Below the pieces are notes generated by a model that saw only the letters and a list, made by a program, of their open reading frames with translations, was not told the DNA's origin and made no database searches. A stretch of 64,000 nucleotides of DNA, taken from sequence record PX880103.1; one strand, 5' to 3'. Positions 19,638 to 29,788 of the stretch are shown here, one piece after another. Every line of letters begins with the position of its first letter. Within the stretch, counting starts at the first letter, position 1. The stretch comes from a phage. A program made the position numbers and the translations under genes.

Positions 19638-20107
19638 TTTAAACTCTTTCTAAGCTGCTTCTTAAATGAAGCTATTAACTGTGTTTTGGTGTCAGATTCA
19701 TTATATTCAAATCCTCTTTGAAGCATCTCGGCCATCATTTCCTCTTTTCCTAAACGAGAAAATTCCTTTGATTTATCTCCAACAAAGTTAGGGTGAATAT
19801 TATTTTGGGTGTAATCGGATTTTAAATAAGTAAGTAAATTTTCTAACCATTCAAGATAATCAACACCTTGTCCCTTTAAGCCAGAACGATTAAATTTGTG
19901 CTTCATTTGACCTTCTGCAGCATTGCAGAGATTACAAAGCAATCCACGCACCTTTCCTGCTTTTGGTCCATTTAATTCATGGTCATGGTCGAGGTGATTA
20001 GCTTGAACATCAGGATTTAGTTCTCGTTGGCAAATTAAGCATTTACCGTTTTGTGCATCATAAAATTTCTGTTTTTCTTCTTTATATAATTTGCCAGTCA
20101 ATAACAT
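19634..20107 (-). CDS. 49: Endonuclease VII (Holliday junction resolvase)
   Basis: 157 aa; CxxC zinc motifs and HLDHDHE; T4 gp49 length. Confidence 0.85.
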   Translation of the reverse strand: MLLTGKLYKEEKQKFYDAQNGKCLICQRELNPDVQANHLDHDHELNGPKAGKVRGLLCNLCNAAEGQMKHKFNRSGLKGQGVDYLEWLENLLTYLKSDYTQNNIHPNFVGDKSKEFSRLGKEEMMAEMLQRGFEYNESDTKTQLIASFKKQLRKSLK

Positions 20108-20148
20108 AATAAACCCTTACCTTAAATAGATAAGGGTATTTATTATTT

Positions 20149-20634
20149 TCAAGTATTGTAAAACATTTGATGCAATCGCTTATATTGCCGAATCTTTTGG
20201 TCAGAAAAAGAAATTTGAGTTTCAAGCCATTCAATGTACTCTGCGGCAGCTTGCATCAGGTTACCTTCATAGCCATCGTTATTTTCTTGTGCAGCTAATT
20301 TAGCTAATGCGTATGAAATGCGTTCACCTTGAAAATCGGCTTTAGGCTTCTGAACAACTTGATTAGTTCGCTCTACAACTTCTTCAATTTCGCCATTTTC
20401 GACTGATTCAGTATTCCACAAACACCAGTACGTAATTGGCTTATCGTAGATGTTAATAATCTTTCCGTCGGAAAGTTCAATTTCAATAATTCCAGTGTCA
20501 GGCTCTATATCATCTTCGCATTCTTTTGCAAGTTCACGAACTTTAAAGACAGTACCTGCACTAAGTTCTGGCCAGTAATTACACAGCCCTGTATCAACAC
20601 GATTAATTCTAAACCACTTATCTACTGTAATCAT
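20149..20634 (-). CDS. Hypothetical protein (161 aa; same size and position as T4 Pin protease inhibitor)
   Basis: Start set to internal Met; identity with Pin is by size and position only. Confidence 0.4.
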   Translation of the reverse strand: MITVDKWFRINRVDTGLCNYWPELSAGTVFKVRELAKECEDDIEPDTGIIEIELSDGKIINIYDKPITYWCLWNTESVENGEIEEVVERTNQVVQKPKADFQGERISYALAKLAAQENNDGYEGNLMQAAAEYIEWLETQISFSDQKIRQYKRLHQMFYNT

Positions 20635-20757
20635 GTCCCATCTCCATATCAATTAAGTCATTTATCGTTGGTTCATTATATACTGTTTCTTCATCAGTGT
20701 AAACCGGTTCTTCCGGCTCTGGCTCTACAGTTTCCCATCTAGCCGCCCACCAAGGTT

Positions 20758-21078
20758 TTATAGCGTAATCCATTCTCGTACTGTCTGAGTTACTACACGT
20801 TCTCGAAGCTCAACCAGTTCAACGGTAGGAACTGCATAATACCAGTCAGAATGATAAGAACCTGAGCGAGATTCATTTACAGCCACATGTACATTATGTT
20901 TTGGACTAAAATAAACACACTGACGATATTGGCATTTACCATCTTGCACCCAGTCTTCTATTTCGATAGGTTTAAGATAATCGGAAAAATCGAAATCATA
21001 GTTTTCTGAAAATGCATCGTGGTCTTCGATGATTTCGCTCAGAACTGCATCAACATCTAATTTATTTTCAATAGTCAT
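20758..21078 (-). CDS. Hypothetical protein
   Basis: 106 aa acidic ORF. Confidence 0.45.
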   Translation of the reverse strand: MTIENKLDVDAVLSEIIEDHDAFSENYDFDFSDYLKPIEIEDWVQDGKCQYRQCVYFSPKHNVHVAVNESRSGSYHSDWYYAVPTVELVELRERVVTQTVREWITL

Positions 21079-21089
21079 TTTTTCACCAA

Positions 21090-21299
21090 TTAATTTCGCA
21101 ATTTATTAAGTTCTTCATAATCAATCCAGGATTCTAATCCTGATGGCAAATCAGATTCAATTTCCCAAAGAAGTTCTTCAATTTTATGAAGACGATCTAG
21201 TTCTTCAGCTGGAATAGTAACCATTGATGGAGTTCTTGATACACTAATATCGTAAATCATATTTACCCCAGTTTGACCATACAATCGCCGTATTTCCAC
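21090..21299 (-). CDS. Hypothetical protein
   Basis: 69 aa ORF. Confidence 0.4.
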   Translation of the reverse strand: MEIRRLYGQTGVNMIYDISVSRTPSMVTIPAEELDRLHKIEELLWEIESDLPSGLESWIDYEELNKLRN

Positions 21300-21478
21300 T
21301 TAGAAATAGACTTTTCGCCATTAGAATAATAAACTTCAAGTTTAGCACGGTTATTTTTAATTTGAATAACCTTTGCTGTCATCAAAGTTCCATACCCATA
21401 ATAAACTGCAACTTCATCACCTACATATACCGCGCTTCCGCGGTAGTCATGGATATAATCAGTTCCTTCGAGCATCAT
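21263..21478 (-). CDS. Hypothetical protein
   Basis: 71 aa ORF directly downstream of nrdC. Confidence 0.4.
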   Translation of the reverse strand: MMLEGTDYIHDYRGSAVYVGDEVAVYYGYGTLMTAKVIQIKNNRAKLEVYYSNGEKSISKWKYGDCMVKLG

Positions 21479-21738
21479 TTAAAGTATTCCCGCAATTGGT
21501 CAAATCCACCAATATGACTTCCATCAGGAGCAAATACCTGAGGCATTGTCAAGCCGATTTGAGTATCACGACCTAGTTTAGTCAGAAGCTCAGCGATTTT
21601 TTCATCATCAAAAACACCTTTTTCCGGCATAATGTTGATAAATTCAAACGGCTGTTTCTTCACGGTCAAAAGACGTTTTGCATTATCACAATACACACAT
21701 TTATGGATGTTGCTATCATAACCATATACTTTAAACAT
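21475..21738 (-). CDS. nrdC: Thioredoxin/glutaredoxin
   Basis: 87 aa with CVYC active site; T4 NrdC length. Confidence 0.85.
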   Translation of the reverse strand: MFKVYGYDSNIHKCVYCDNAKRLLTVKKQPFEFINIMPEKGVFDDEKIAELLTKLGRDTQIGLTMPQVFAPDGSHIGGFDQLREYFK

Positions 21739-21739
21739 A

Positions 21740-21985
21740 TTATTCCTTAATTCCTAGTACTTGTTTAAAAGTCTCATCGTAATCAAGACTTTGGCCCGTC
21801 TGTTCTTTATGTTTGTATATAATATCACTTACTTCTGATAGCATATTTTTATATGAACGAGTTAAAGCAGATTTAAGCACGCTGTATCTATCAGGAAATT
21901 TACCATGTTCATTATAATACGCTATTGCTAATTCACGGACTGCCTTTTCAGCAGTCTCCATATATTCTTTACGCTTTGTCATTTT
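21740..21985 (-). CDS. Hypothetical protein
   Basis: Internal Met start chosen to limit overlap with the upstream zinc-ribbon ORF. Confidence 0.3.
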
Positions 21986-22283
21986 CTTCTCGGTCAAATC
22001 GGTGTTTACAATGGCGGCATTTATAACGAAGATTACTAGTCTGCCAATGGACCAATTGCACCTGTTCAGTTCCACATTCAGGGCAATTAGGAACGTTTTT
22101 AGAAGCACGTTCGCGACGTTCAACCATAACCATTACAGAATCCCAATTAACAGGAGGGCTATAATCATCACAACCATGAATCTTTCCACGCATTTCCAGA
22201 TCGTCTTCTTCACCAGCCATAATAATTTTAATTAGACTAGAATTACTTGAAGCTGCAATGTCTTCTAATAAACGCTTTTTCAT
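21969..22283 (-). CDS. Zinc-ribbon protein
   Basis: 104 aa with CPECG...CRHC pattern. Confidence 0.45.
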
Positions 22284-23206
22284 TTCAATACCTCAATAGC
22301 ATTACGTAAACCATTTGCTTTGGCGGTTAAAGCCTTGAGAACTTTAGTATGCTCTTCAATTTGTTTTTCAACTTCAACCAAACGAGCATTGAGATATTCG
22401 CGTTCTTCTTTCATAGTATCATTCCCATGATTGGATTTTGGCGTAGGTTTAAATTCACTAGGGTCCTTTAACTTAATAACAAATTTAGTTTCAAACAGTG
22501 AAAGACCATAATTCGTATTATCATCAAAGGATTTGACTACATCCATATCAGATAATAACACGCGCAAATTATAAGCCAAAGAACTAATAGTTTCATTGTG
22601 TTTATTAGCTTCGCGGGGTTTCATATACGGAAGATTTTTATATATCTCGTGCGGAGCGCAAATTATAATTGACAATTCAAATTGCCCATTCTGGGACGAT
22701 GGAGTGAATTTAGCTGTAACCCAGTCTTTTACATTCACATTAATAGTACGGTTATCACCATGACAAAACAGTCTACGAGAATGCTTAAAAAGCATATTCA
22801 CGTTATTATTGAATTCGTGTGAAAATTCACTAGCAAATTTTTCTTTACTATCTTTAGAAAACCATTCTTCTAAATAAGTTCTTTTCACGTCGTTAATAAT
22901 ATTAAATGTAACAACACTAGCATTTGATACATTAGTCTCAATGTAGCTTGGATACATAAATTTTTTAACATTATTAACAGCTATCACAGAAGATAGTAAT
23001 CGGGAACGTTTGAACCACTCGAGCAAAGAACCAAGAGAATGTGAATACGCATTTTGTGTATCTTTACAAATATGGTTTTCCCATCCAATATAGTCTAAAA
23101 AATCACGAAGAATATTATTGATTACTGCTCTGTGTCCTATCTGATAATTACGATGTTTAGTAATAAGACTGTCAAAATAATCAATATAATGTTTACGAGT
23201 TTTCAT
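22280..23206 (-). CDS. Paralog family member A (N-terminal globular region, C-terminal coiled coil)
   Basis: 308 aa; heptad-like C-terminus [31 protein letters not shown]; same architecture as the next three ORFs. Confidence 0.55.
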   Translation of the reverse strand: MKTRKHYIDYFDSLITKHRNYQIGHRAVINNILRDFLDYIGWENHICKDTQNAYSHSLGSLLEWFKRSRLLSSVIAVNNVKKFMYPSYIETNVSNASVVTFNIINDVKRTYLEEWFSKDSKEKFASEFSHEFNNNVNMLFKHSRRLFCHGDNRTINVNVKDWVTAKFTPSSQNGQFELSIIICAPHEIYKNLPYMKPREANKHNETISSLAYNLRVLLSDMDVVKSFDDNTNYGLSLFETKFVIKLKDPSEFKPTPKSNHGNDTMKEEREYLNARLVEVEKQIEEHTKVLKALTAKANGLRNAIEVLK

Positions 23207-23257
23207 GTTCTTCTCACTTGTTAATGATTTATACTCCGAGCCATCCTTGGCTTTAAA

Positions 23258-24259
23258 TTACTTAATTAACTGTAAAGCTTGTTCAAGACGATCCAAGCGA
23301 TTAACAGATTCTTCCCAAATCCTTTTAGCCTGCTCATATTCTTTCTGCGCTTTATTAGAAATTTCTAGAACTTCTTTATAAGCTTTTTCTAGTGCAATAA
23401 CTTCTGGACGAATTTCTACCGATTCAGGTGAATCGTCAAGACATTCCATTAGTTCCTCAAGGGTAGTTTCTTCTTTAGGAGTATTCACAATTTCATCACA
23501 TTTTTGTTGATAAATTTCTTTATCAGTAGGTGAGTACGCGCACTTTACTTCACGAAGACTAATTACAATTTTATATCCTTCCCAACCGCATATATTCTTA
23601 AAAGGATATGTATGAATATTTTCTACTGTTTCCATACAAAGTAATGCGGTCTCTAATTGACGAGTTATAGTGCTAGCAATTGAGAAAAATTTATTAATAT
23701 TCTTTTGGTTAGTTTCTGGTGTAAAAAATCCATAATTCACAAAAATAGCTACTTTATTTTTATCAAGCTCATATTCTTTTATGATAATCATATCAGAAGC
23801 CAAAGGATGAATTTGACGATAATCGCCATAACATAATTTAGAAGCTGATTTTAGAATTTGCTTCTTAAAAAGTCTGAAATTACTAATCCAACGACGAGTA
23901 AAAATATTCTCAGGGTCTTCTTTGACATTAAGATGATAAGAATTAACATCACCGAACCAATTATATCCTACTACATCTTTGGTTCGTTTAATTTCTTTCC
24001 CAAAATTACCAAGAATATCCCGATTAACCAAATATGAAAGAAGACGAGACTCTTTAAAGGTTTTCTTGATATTATCTTTATCTACACGGCTAGAAATTTT
24101 ACGAATTTCATGAATAAATTTAGCAGAAGAAACAATACCTGCATCAACACTATTGAGCCATTGATTGATAATAGAAAGAACGCTATTTTGGCCAAACATC
24201 GGTATAGCTTTATCATCAATAACGCTATTGAATGATTTGATATATTCGTTACGAGTCAT
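23258..24259 (-). CDS. Paralog family member B
   Basis: Start at internal MTRNEY; segment WISNFRLFKKQILKSASKL aligns with member C; C-terminal coiled coil. Confidence 0.55.
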   Translation of the reverse strand: MTRNEYIKSFNSVIDDKAIPMFGQNSVLSIINQWLNSVDAGIVSSAKFIHEIRKISSRVDKDNIKKTFKESRLLSYLVNRDILGNFGKEIKRTKDVVGYNWFGDVNSYHLNVKEDPENIFTRRWISNFRLFKKQILKSASKLCYGDYRQIHPLASDMIIIKEYELDKNKVAIFVNYGFFTPETNQKNINKFFSIASTITRQLETALLCMETVENIHTYPFKNICGWEGYKIVISLREVKCAYSPTDKEIYQQKCDEIVNTPKEETTLEELMECLDDSPESVEIRPEVIALEKAYKEVLEISNKAQKEYEQAKRIWEESVNRLDRLEQALQLIK

Positions 24260-24316
24260 AATAATCTCCTCAGTAGAAAGTAAGAACATTATACCACATC
24301 CTTGTGGCAAAGTAAA

Positions 24317-25336
24317 CTAGTTCAGTGCATTTAGTGCATTGTTCAGTTTAGAACGTTGCTTTGTCAGATTTTGAACCCTTGACTGAGCTTGTTCTAACAC
24401 CTTTTCAGCTTCTAGCACTTCATTGGTCGCTTTAATGAGTTCAGCATCTACTGCCTTAAGAGACTTCTCAATCGCGTCAGCGTGCCATTTTTCTACAGGT
24501 TTAAAATTTGAATTTTCAGTAGGAAGAAAACTCACTTTATTAAGTTTACATGCATCTATATTGCTTGAGCTATACATCCAAAATTTAGGATCGTTTGATG
24601 AGTAATTGGATAAATTTAAGATATCTTGCACTTCCTGCTTTTTCTCTCGCGGGACTTCGTCCTTTCTCAAAAAATCGTATTTAAATGAAACGATCATATC
24701 AAGTTCATATGTTGTTGTGTCTAATTTAAATCGCTCAAAACGAGGTAAAATCTTAGACTGAACAGCGGCAACAACATCCATATACTTAAATGCTTCTGTC
24801 AACTGCGATTTAAGGCATTCGCAAATTGAAAGAGAATTTTTTGTATTAGGTTTAAAGCTAATTCGTGCAGTTCTGTTATTTTCTTTTAATGGTCTTACTT
24901 CCATCTGAAGAGTATAACCATCAAATTTCAGATTCTTTAAGTTAATATCAGAACCTTTTAATCGACTAGCCGTCGACAAAATTTGCTTTAATTGTTTACG
25001 GAATAGAGCAATAAATCTCCATTCAATACGATAATGATTTGGATTGAAAAATCCAGATGATAAATCGACCTTACTCTGACCAACACCTTGAACAAATAGA
25101 GGATTTTTATAATCAATAGTTTTACAGAAATCAACGAGCTGCTCACGAGCCGTCATTTGTGTAATATACCCTGCTTCGTTAAAATGACGTAACCATTCAC
25201 TGCTATTCATATACTTAAAGTGAATGGAACTATTAACTCTATCAGGGTCTAAATTATTTTCACACAAAAATGTCATAACATCACGAGTATAACTGGCATT
25301 ACGAACCATATCTTCAATTTGAGAACGAGTTTTCAT
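24317..25336 (-). CDS. Paralog family member C
   Basis: 339 aa; EWRFIALFRKQLKQILSTASRL aligns with member B; C-terminal coiled coil. Confidence 0.55.
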   Translation of the reverse strand: MKTRSQIEDMVRNASYTRDVMTFLCENNLDPDRVNSSIHFKYMNSSEWLRHFNEAGYITQMTAREQLVDFCKTIDYKNPLFVQGVGQSKVDLSSGFFNPNHYRIEWRFIALFRKQLKQILSTASRLKGSDINLKNLKFDGYTLQMEVRPLKENNRTARISFKPNTKNSLSICECLKSQLTEAFKYMDVVAAVQSKILPRFERFKLDTTTYELDMIVSFKYDFLRKDEVPREKKQEVQDILNLSNYSSNDPKFWMYSSSNIDACKLNKVSFLPTENSNFKPVEKWHADAIEKSLKAVDAELIKATNEVLEAEKVLEQAQSRVQNLTKQRSKLNNALNALN

Positions 25337-25344
25337 GGTGTTCC

Positions 25345-26259
25345 TTAAGATTTAAGTAAATCAACAATTTTAATTAACTTTTCACGCTCAGATTTAGCTT
25401 TACTACTCAGTCCAGATAGTCTGAAAATTTCATCATCATATTGCTGAATAGAAATATTCAGCTCTTCAATCTGCTTATTAAAATAATCAATTTGTTCAGA
25501 ATGTTTTTCGTTACTACGAAATGGTACAGGTTTTGTAGGCAATTTAGTTAAACTGGATTCATCCGGGCGATAAATTAAAATACAATTTGAACCAATCGGG
25601 CATTTTGCCCCAGATGAATATTCTAATGTTCCAGCTTCTTTTAAAATTTCAAAAGCTAAACAGAGATGATGCCCCATATTAACATAATCTGTAGAGTGAG
25701 CTCTGACGTAATAATCATCTCCACGAGTGCTAAATTTAAAGCATTTAAGGTCTTCTGTATTATTGGTCTTAAAAATCATTTGTTTATCTAGACCTTTAGC
25801 TAATCGAGCGCCTAATGCTAATAATCGTCGTTGATTTTCCCACAAATCCGCAATCATTTGATCGAATGATAATTTCGGCATTAGTCGACCATAAAGGTCA
25901 TATCCTTTATTATAATTGCGAAGGATTTCACTCGCATTAATACGAGACAACGCTCCAATTTTATTAAGGGCTTTCATGATGCGATTAGATAAACTCATTC
26001 CAGACCCATTTGTTCGCTGTAAATGTTTTTCTAATCCAAATCCAATATCAACTTTAAATTTATCTAAAATTTTGGCATGAACATCTCTGTCAATAACATT
26101 CAAATCCAAAGTTGGGTTAAATCTATGAAAAAATTTATCTGGCTCTCCACGACGAAGTACAGTCCATTCATTCATCATTTTTTTATTAACTAAGGATTTA
26201 ATTACTGCATTGACATTATTAATTACTACTGACATATTTTCCTCACTCAATTTTACCAA
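25345..26259 (-). CDS. Paralog family member D
   Basis: 304 aa; DLWENQRRLLALGARLAKGL matches the family segment; C-terminal coiled coil. Confidence 0.55.
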   Translation of the reverse strand: MVKLSEENMSVVINNVNAVIKSLVNKKMMNEWTVLRRGEPDKFFHRFNPTLDLNVIDRDVHAKILDKFKVDIGFGLEKHLQRTNGSGMSLSNRIMKALNKIGALSRINASEILRNYNKGYDLYGRLMPKLSFDQMIADLWENQRRLLALGARLAKGLDKQMIFKTNNTEDLKCFKFSTRGDDYYVRAHSTDYVNMGHHLCLAFEILKEAGTLEYSSGAKCPIGSNCILIYRPDESSLTKLPTKPVPFRSNEKHSEQIDYFNKQIEELNISIQQYDDEIFRLSGLSSKAKSEREKLIKIVDLLKS

Positions 26260-26644
26260 TTACGCGGAATAAGATTGAACAAACTATATAAGTACCACAT
26301 ATAGATTGAACTAATGCCATTCCAAAGAACCAAACAATATTATCAAACCATGTCTGTTTTACGTCGAAAGGACGTAAACTTACAGTAATATTATCGCCTT
26401 TTTCTATTGAAGAATACATCTCCGGTGAAATATATTCGCTAAATCTATAACCGTCTTTGAGTTCATATACAGCAATAAACGATAAACTAGACCCCTTTCC
26501 TTGAGTTCCTGTAAGGGTATTAACTACAGTAACATCATAATCTTTATAATGCATATAATCATTAATAGCATAATAACCATATGCAACTACTATACATAAA
26601 CAACATATCAATAAATTCAATCTTTTAATTATCAACTGTTTCAT
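26243..26644 (-). CDS. Membrane protein (N- and C-terminal hydrophobic helices)
   Basis: 133 aa; hydrophobic termini flanking a polar middle. Confidence 0.45.
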   Translation of the reverse strand: MKQLIIKRLNLLICCLCIVVAYGYYAINDYMHYKDYDVTVVNTLTGTQGKGSSLSFIAVYELKDGYRFSEYISPEMYSSIEKGDNITVSLRPFDVKQTWFDNIVWFFGMALVQSICGTYIVCSILFRVIGKIE

Positions 26645-26699
26645 AATAATCTCAATTAAAAGGGCTTAGAACCATTATACCATCCTTGGTATAAAGCGG

Positions 26700-27227
26700 T
26701 TATGCGAGTACCGTCTTTAACCGTTCTTCAAACTTCCGAAGAGTATTCTGGCGTTCAGCTCTTTGCTTTTTGTAAGTTTCAATACGCTCTGAAATGAGAG
26801 TGTATCGTTCATTTACTGATTCTTTCATAAAATCAGGAATTTCACGAGAAGCTTTAATCTCATCAAATTTATCAATAACAGCTTGCTCTTCAGCAATTAA
26901 GTTATCATACATCAAAATATCTTTCTTGATGAACTCAATATCTTCTTGAGTTACACGAGATAATTTAGATGCTTTATCCTTTTTGTACTGTTCGTTAGTA
27001 TCACGAGACCAGTGTAATGTACGATTTTTATTCGTATTCTTGTAAATTTCTACAATACCAATCTCATCAATAATAACGATCCAATTCCAACGGGATTTGT
27101 AAATTTGTCCTCCATCAACCGTGATTTCACCTCCGATTGAGATGTCATTAAAGAACTTGCTTTGTGCTTCTGATTTAAATTTACCATCGTTGTAATTTAC
27201 CAGGTTGAAAATATCTTTAGCGTTCAT
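26700..27227 (-). CDS. Hypothetical protein with C-terminal coiled coil
   Basis: Start moved to MNAKD with GGAGGAACA SD; track N-terminus reads through the early promoter. Confidence 0.5.
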   Translation of the reverse strand: MNAKDIFNLVNYNDGKFKSEAQSKFFNDISIGGEITVDGGQIYKSRWNWIVIIDEIGIVEIYKNTNKNRTLHWSRDTNEQYKKDKASKLSRVTQEDIEFIKKDILMYDNLIAEEQAVIDKFDEIKASREIPDFMKESVNERYTLISERIETYKKQRAERQNTLRKFEERLKTVLA

Positions 27228-27248
27228 TTTGTGTTCCTCCGTAGTTGA

Positions 27249-27287
27249 TAGTTGTATAGTACCACAGAGGAACGGTCTTGTAAACAA
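27249..27287 (-). promoter_or_regulatory. Early promoter
   Basis: Minus strand GTTGTTTACAAGACCGTTCCTCTGTGGTACTATACAACT. Confidence 0.6.
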
Positions 27288-27590
27288 CTAAAAGAAACTT
27301 CTTTCACAATTTTTTCCACTGAACCACGCGCTCACTGCTTTCTTAGTCTCAGGAGCAGTGTTATCCATAAACCATTCAAAAGCAGCCTTTTTATGATTCT
27401 GGAGGGCTTCTCGGGCTTTAATCTGCTCACGGTCTATTAACACTAACATATGAGCCTTTCTTGTCACCAGGGGCTTCTTATGATTTTTTGAATACTCCCA
27501 ATCATTTGTCCATCGCATCGTTGTTGCGAATTGAAGTACAGCTTCTTTAATCTTAGTTTCGTAAATTTCACGAGCCTTTGAGTATAACAT
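27288..27590 (-). CDS. Hypothetical protein
   Basis: Start at Met following GGAGG SD. Confidence 0.4.
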   Translation of the reverse strand: MLYSKAREIYETKIKEAVLQFATTMRWTNDWEYSKNHKKPLVTRKAHMLVLIDREQIKAREALQNHKKAAFEWFMDNTAPETKKAVSAWFSGKNCERSFF

Positions 27591-27691
27591 CATTACCTCC
27601 ATTTACCAGTTTAATTTTAGTCATCTTTTTGATGGCAGTCCATATAATCTATTTCTGAACTGCCTTTTTGTCATAGAAGTCCTCTTATGAA

Positions 27692-28660
27692 TTATTTCAG
27701 AAGAGTAACCTCAGCAATTTCTTCCCAACCGTTTTTGTCGGTCATAATAAAGTCAGCAAGATAAAGAGCGGTACGCAGTGAAACATTGCGTAAACGGTTA
27801 ACATTGACTTTCATCCATGATAATGCTTTATAAGTTTCTTCATCAGAAAGACCGCGCTTTTGCATCATGTCGGTTGAAAGAATAACATCTTCAACCCTGA
27901 CCATAATTTCTTCATTAGTGTGAACACCCAAATCTAAATAAACTGAGCGGGACACTAATGCTTGTAAATGTGGAGCAAGTTTAGTACCACGGTCTAATTC
28001 GCGGTCAATATCAACGTTTGTGATAAAAACAATTGTTCCTTTAAATTCAAACTCACGATCAATGCCTTTTTCTTCTAAGTAAGAAGATGCAGTGCTCCAG
28101 CAGACTTTACGGGTCTCTCCAGTGTCCAGAGCAGCTTTCAGAAGATTAAGAATGTCCATATCAGAAAAAACATCCACATCATCAATCAAAAGGACAGAAT
28201 TCTCTTCACGATTATTCCAAAGCTGCTCATAAAGACCGATACCAGAGATTTTACCATTAATGCTTTTATACTCAATGTATCCAATATCATTTGCTTTATT
28301 CAAAGCTTTATCTAAAGAATACGTTTTACCAATACCCGCCGCACCAGAGATAATTAATGAACGAATATTTCCGTTAATAATACCATTCGTCATCATTCCC
28401 ATAACATTAAATCTTTTATTAATGCGGGTTTTCATATCTTCATATGATTCTTTAACTTCTTCAACTTTTACACCATCATATGAAATGTCTGATTTATAAA
28501 CCCAAACACCGCGACGTTTACCATCAATTTCAACAAAAACTTTACCGTCTCCTTGTGCATCTACCGGAGCATTATCTGGGAACCATTCGCCTAAGAGTTC
28601 AAAGGTTCCAGAGATTTCTTTACCGAAGTAGATACCCTTATTGATAGTTACAGTTTTCAT
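27692..28660 (-). CDS. P-loop NTPase (AAA-like ATPase) with N-terminal extra domain
   Basis: Walker A GAAGIGKTY, Walker B VLLIDDVD; start moved to MKTVTINK with GGAGAA SD. Confidence 0.6.
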   Translation of the reverse strand: MKTVTINKGIYFGKEISGTFELLGEWFPDNAPVDAQGDGKVFVEIDGKRRGVWVYKSDISYDGVKVEEVKESYEDMKTRINKRFNVMGMMTNGIINGNIRSLIISGAAGIGKTYSLDKALNKANDIGYIEYKSINGKISGIGLYEQLWNNREENSVLLIDDVDVFSDMDILNLLKAALDTGETRKVCWSTASSYLEEKGIDREFEFKGTIVFITNVDIDRELDRGTKLAPHLQALVSRSVYLDLGVHTNEEIMVRVEDVILSTDMMQKRGLSDEETYKALSWMKVNVNRLRNVSLRTALYLADFIMTDKNGWEEIAEVTLLK

Positions 28661-28684
28661 TTTATTCTCCAAATCCGTATCAGT

Positions 28685-28725
28685 TGATAGTTGTATAGTA
28701 CCATAAAGCTTTATGCTTGTAAACA
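28685..28725 (-). promoter_or_regulatory. Early promoter
   Basis: Same motif, upstream of the P-loop ATPase gene. Confidence 0.6.
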
Positions 28726-28740
28726 ACTTTGTGAAAAATT

Positions 28741-28772
28741 TTTGAAATAAAAAAGGGAGCCCGAAGGCTCCC
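28741..28772 (-). terminator. Rho-independent terminator after the nucleotidyltransferase gene
   Basis: Minus strand GGGAGCCUUCGGGCUCCC then UUUUUUAUUUC. Confidence 0.55.
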
Positions 28773-28774
28773 TA

Positions 28775-29788
28775 TCATTTATAATAACTTCGATGGTTTT
28801 CAAGATAGACCTTCTCAAGGAAGTCATCCCAGAAACTCATGTCTACTTTTTGCTGCATACCGTTCTTAGAAGCTTCAGTAGATGCTGCTTCTACTTGATC
28901 GACCACATCTTCCAAAAACTCTTGAACCGTTTTAAATGGATGTTTACCCAACTTCACGTCGAGAATAAATGGAGCATCTTGGAGTGGATAAATCAAGTCG
29001 CCAGTTTTGTAAATTTCCAATAGTTGGAGTCCACCACGACAAGCATGGCTCAGAGCTTTCCAGTCAATACCTTCGTTGGCTTCGGCCTTACGAGCACGTT
29101 CACCATATTCAGCATCTAATTTGTTCAGTGACTGCTTAAGCTCAATAAGAGAAAGCGTTGTCTGATATTTACGACCCAACACAGTGTAGAACGTTTGTGG
29201 GCCTGTTTTCTCATGATTATGGAACACCCATTCACAGAATTCGTTTTCTGGAAGACGATGCTTAATATCTTCAACTTTAGTGCGACGCTGCTTAATAGAA
29301 CCATCTTCTTGGTAATCAACCCATTGCTCAGGGATTTGATTAACTACTTTCAATACATCACGTAATGCAGCCAAACGAGAACCCTTGACACCGTATTTAG
29401 AAGCTTGCTTGCGGACATATCCTAAATATGATTTCATGTTAGTCGTATAAAAACGAGAACGGTTGTCTTGAATAAACTTCCACACATCAGGCAAATCAGA
29501 TTTAACCACTAGTTCAGGTGGAGTGTGAAGCATATCTAATGCTACGGTTTCACCATCTGCTGCTAATTTAAAGAAATATTTAAGACTGTATAGTTCATGG
29601 TCAATATCATCTTTAGTGTTTTTAGATGATGTGTTGTTAGTGTTTTTACTCATGTGCTCTTTGACATTTCCGATAAGAATATCACGAGCAGGAGGAACAA
29701 AAATTTCTTTAAAATCTACATCAGATTCTGGGGTAGAAGTTCCATAAAGATGACTACCAAAATAGCTTTTCATTACTGTTTTCATCAT
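28775..29788 (-). CDS. Putative Pol-beta-fold nucleotidyltransferase
   Basis: N-terminal GS-x10-DVD signature (FGSHLYGTSTPESDVDF), then an alpha-helical region; 337 aa. Confidence 0.5.
   Translation of the reverse strand: MMKTVMKSYFGSHLYGTSTPESDVDFKEIFVPPARDILIGNVKEHMSKNTNNTSSKNTKDDIDHELYSLKYFFKLAADGETVALDMLHTPPELVVKSDLPDVWKFIQDNRSRFYTTNMKSYLGYVRKQASKYGVKGSRLAALRDVLKVVNQIPEQWVDYQEDGSIKQRRTKVEDIKHRLPENEFCEWVFHNHEKTGPQTFYTVLGRKYQTTLSLIELKQSLNKLDAEYGERARKAEANEGIDWKALSHACRGGLQLLEIYKTGDLIYPLQDAPFILDVKLGKHPFKTVQEFLEDVVDQVEAASTEASKNGMQQKVDMSFWDDFLEKVYLENHRSYYK

Noticed and set aside
20149-20634. Firm identification of this ORF as Pin, the Lon protease inhibitor
   Set aside because: Only size (161 aa) and position agree; the sequence could not be verified from memory, so left as hypothetical.
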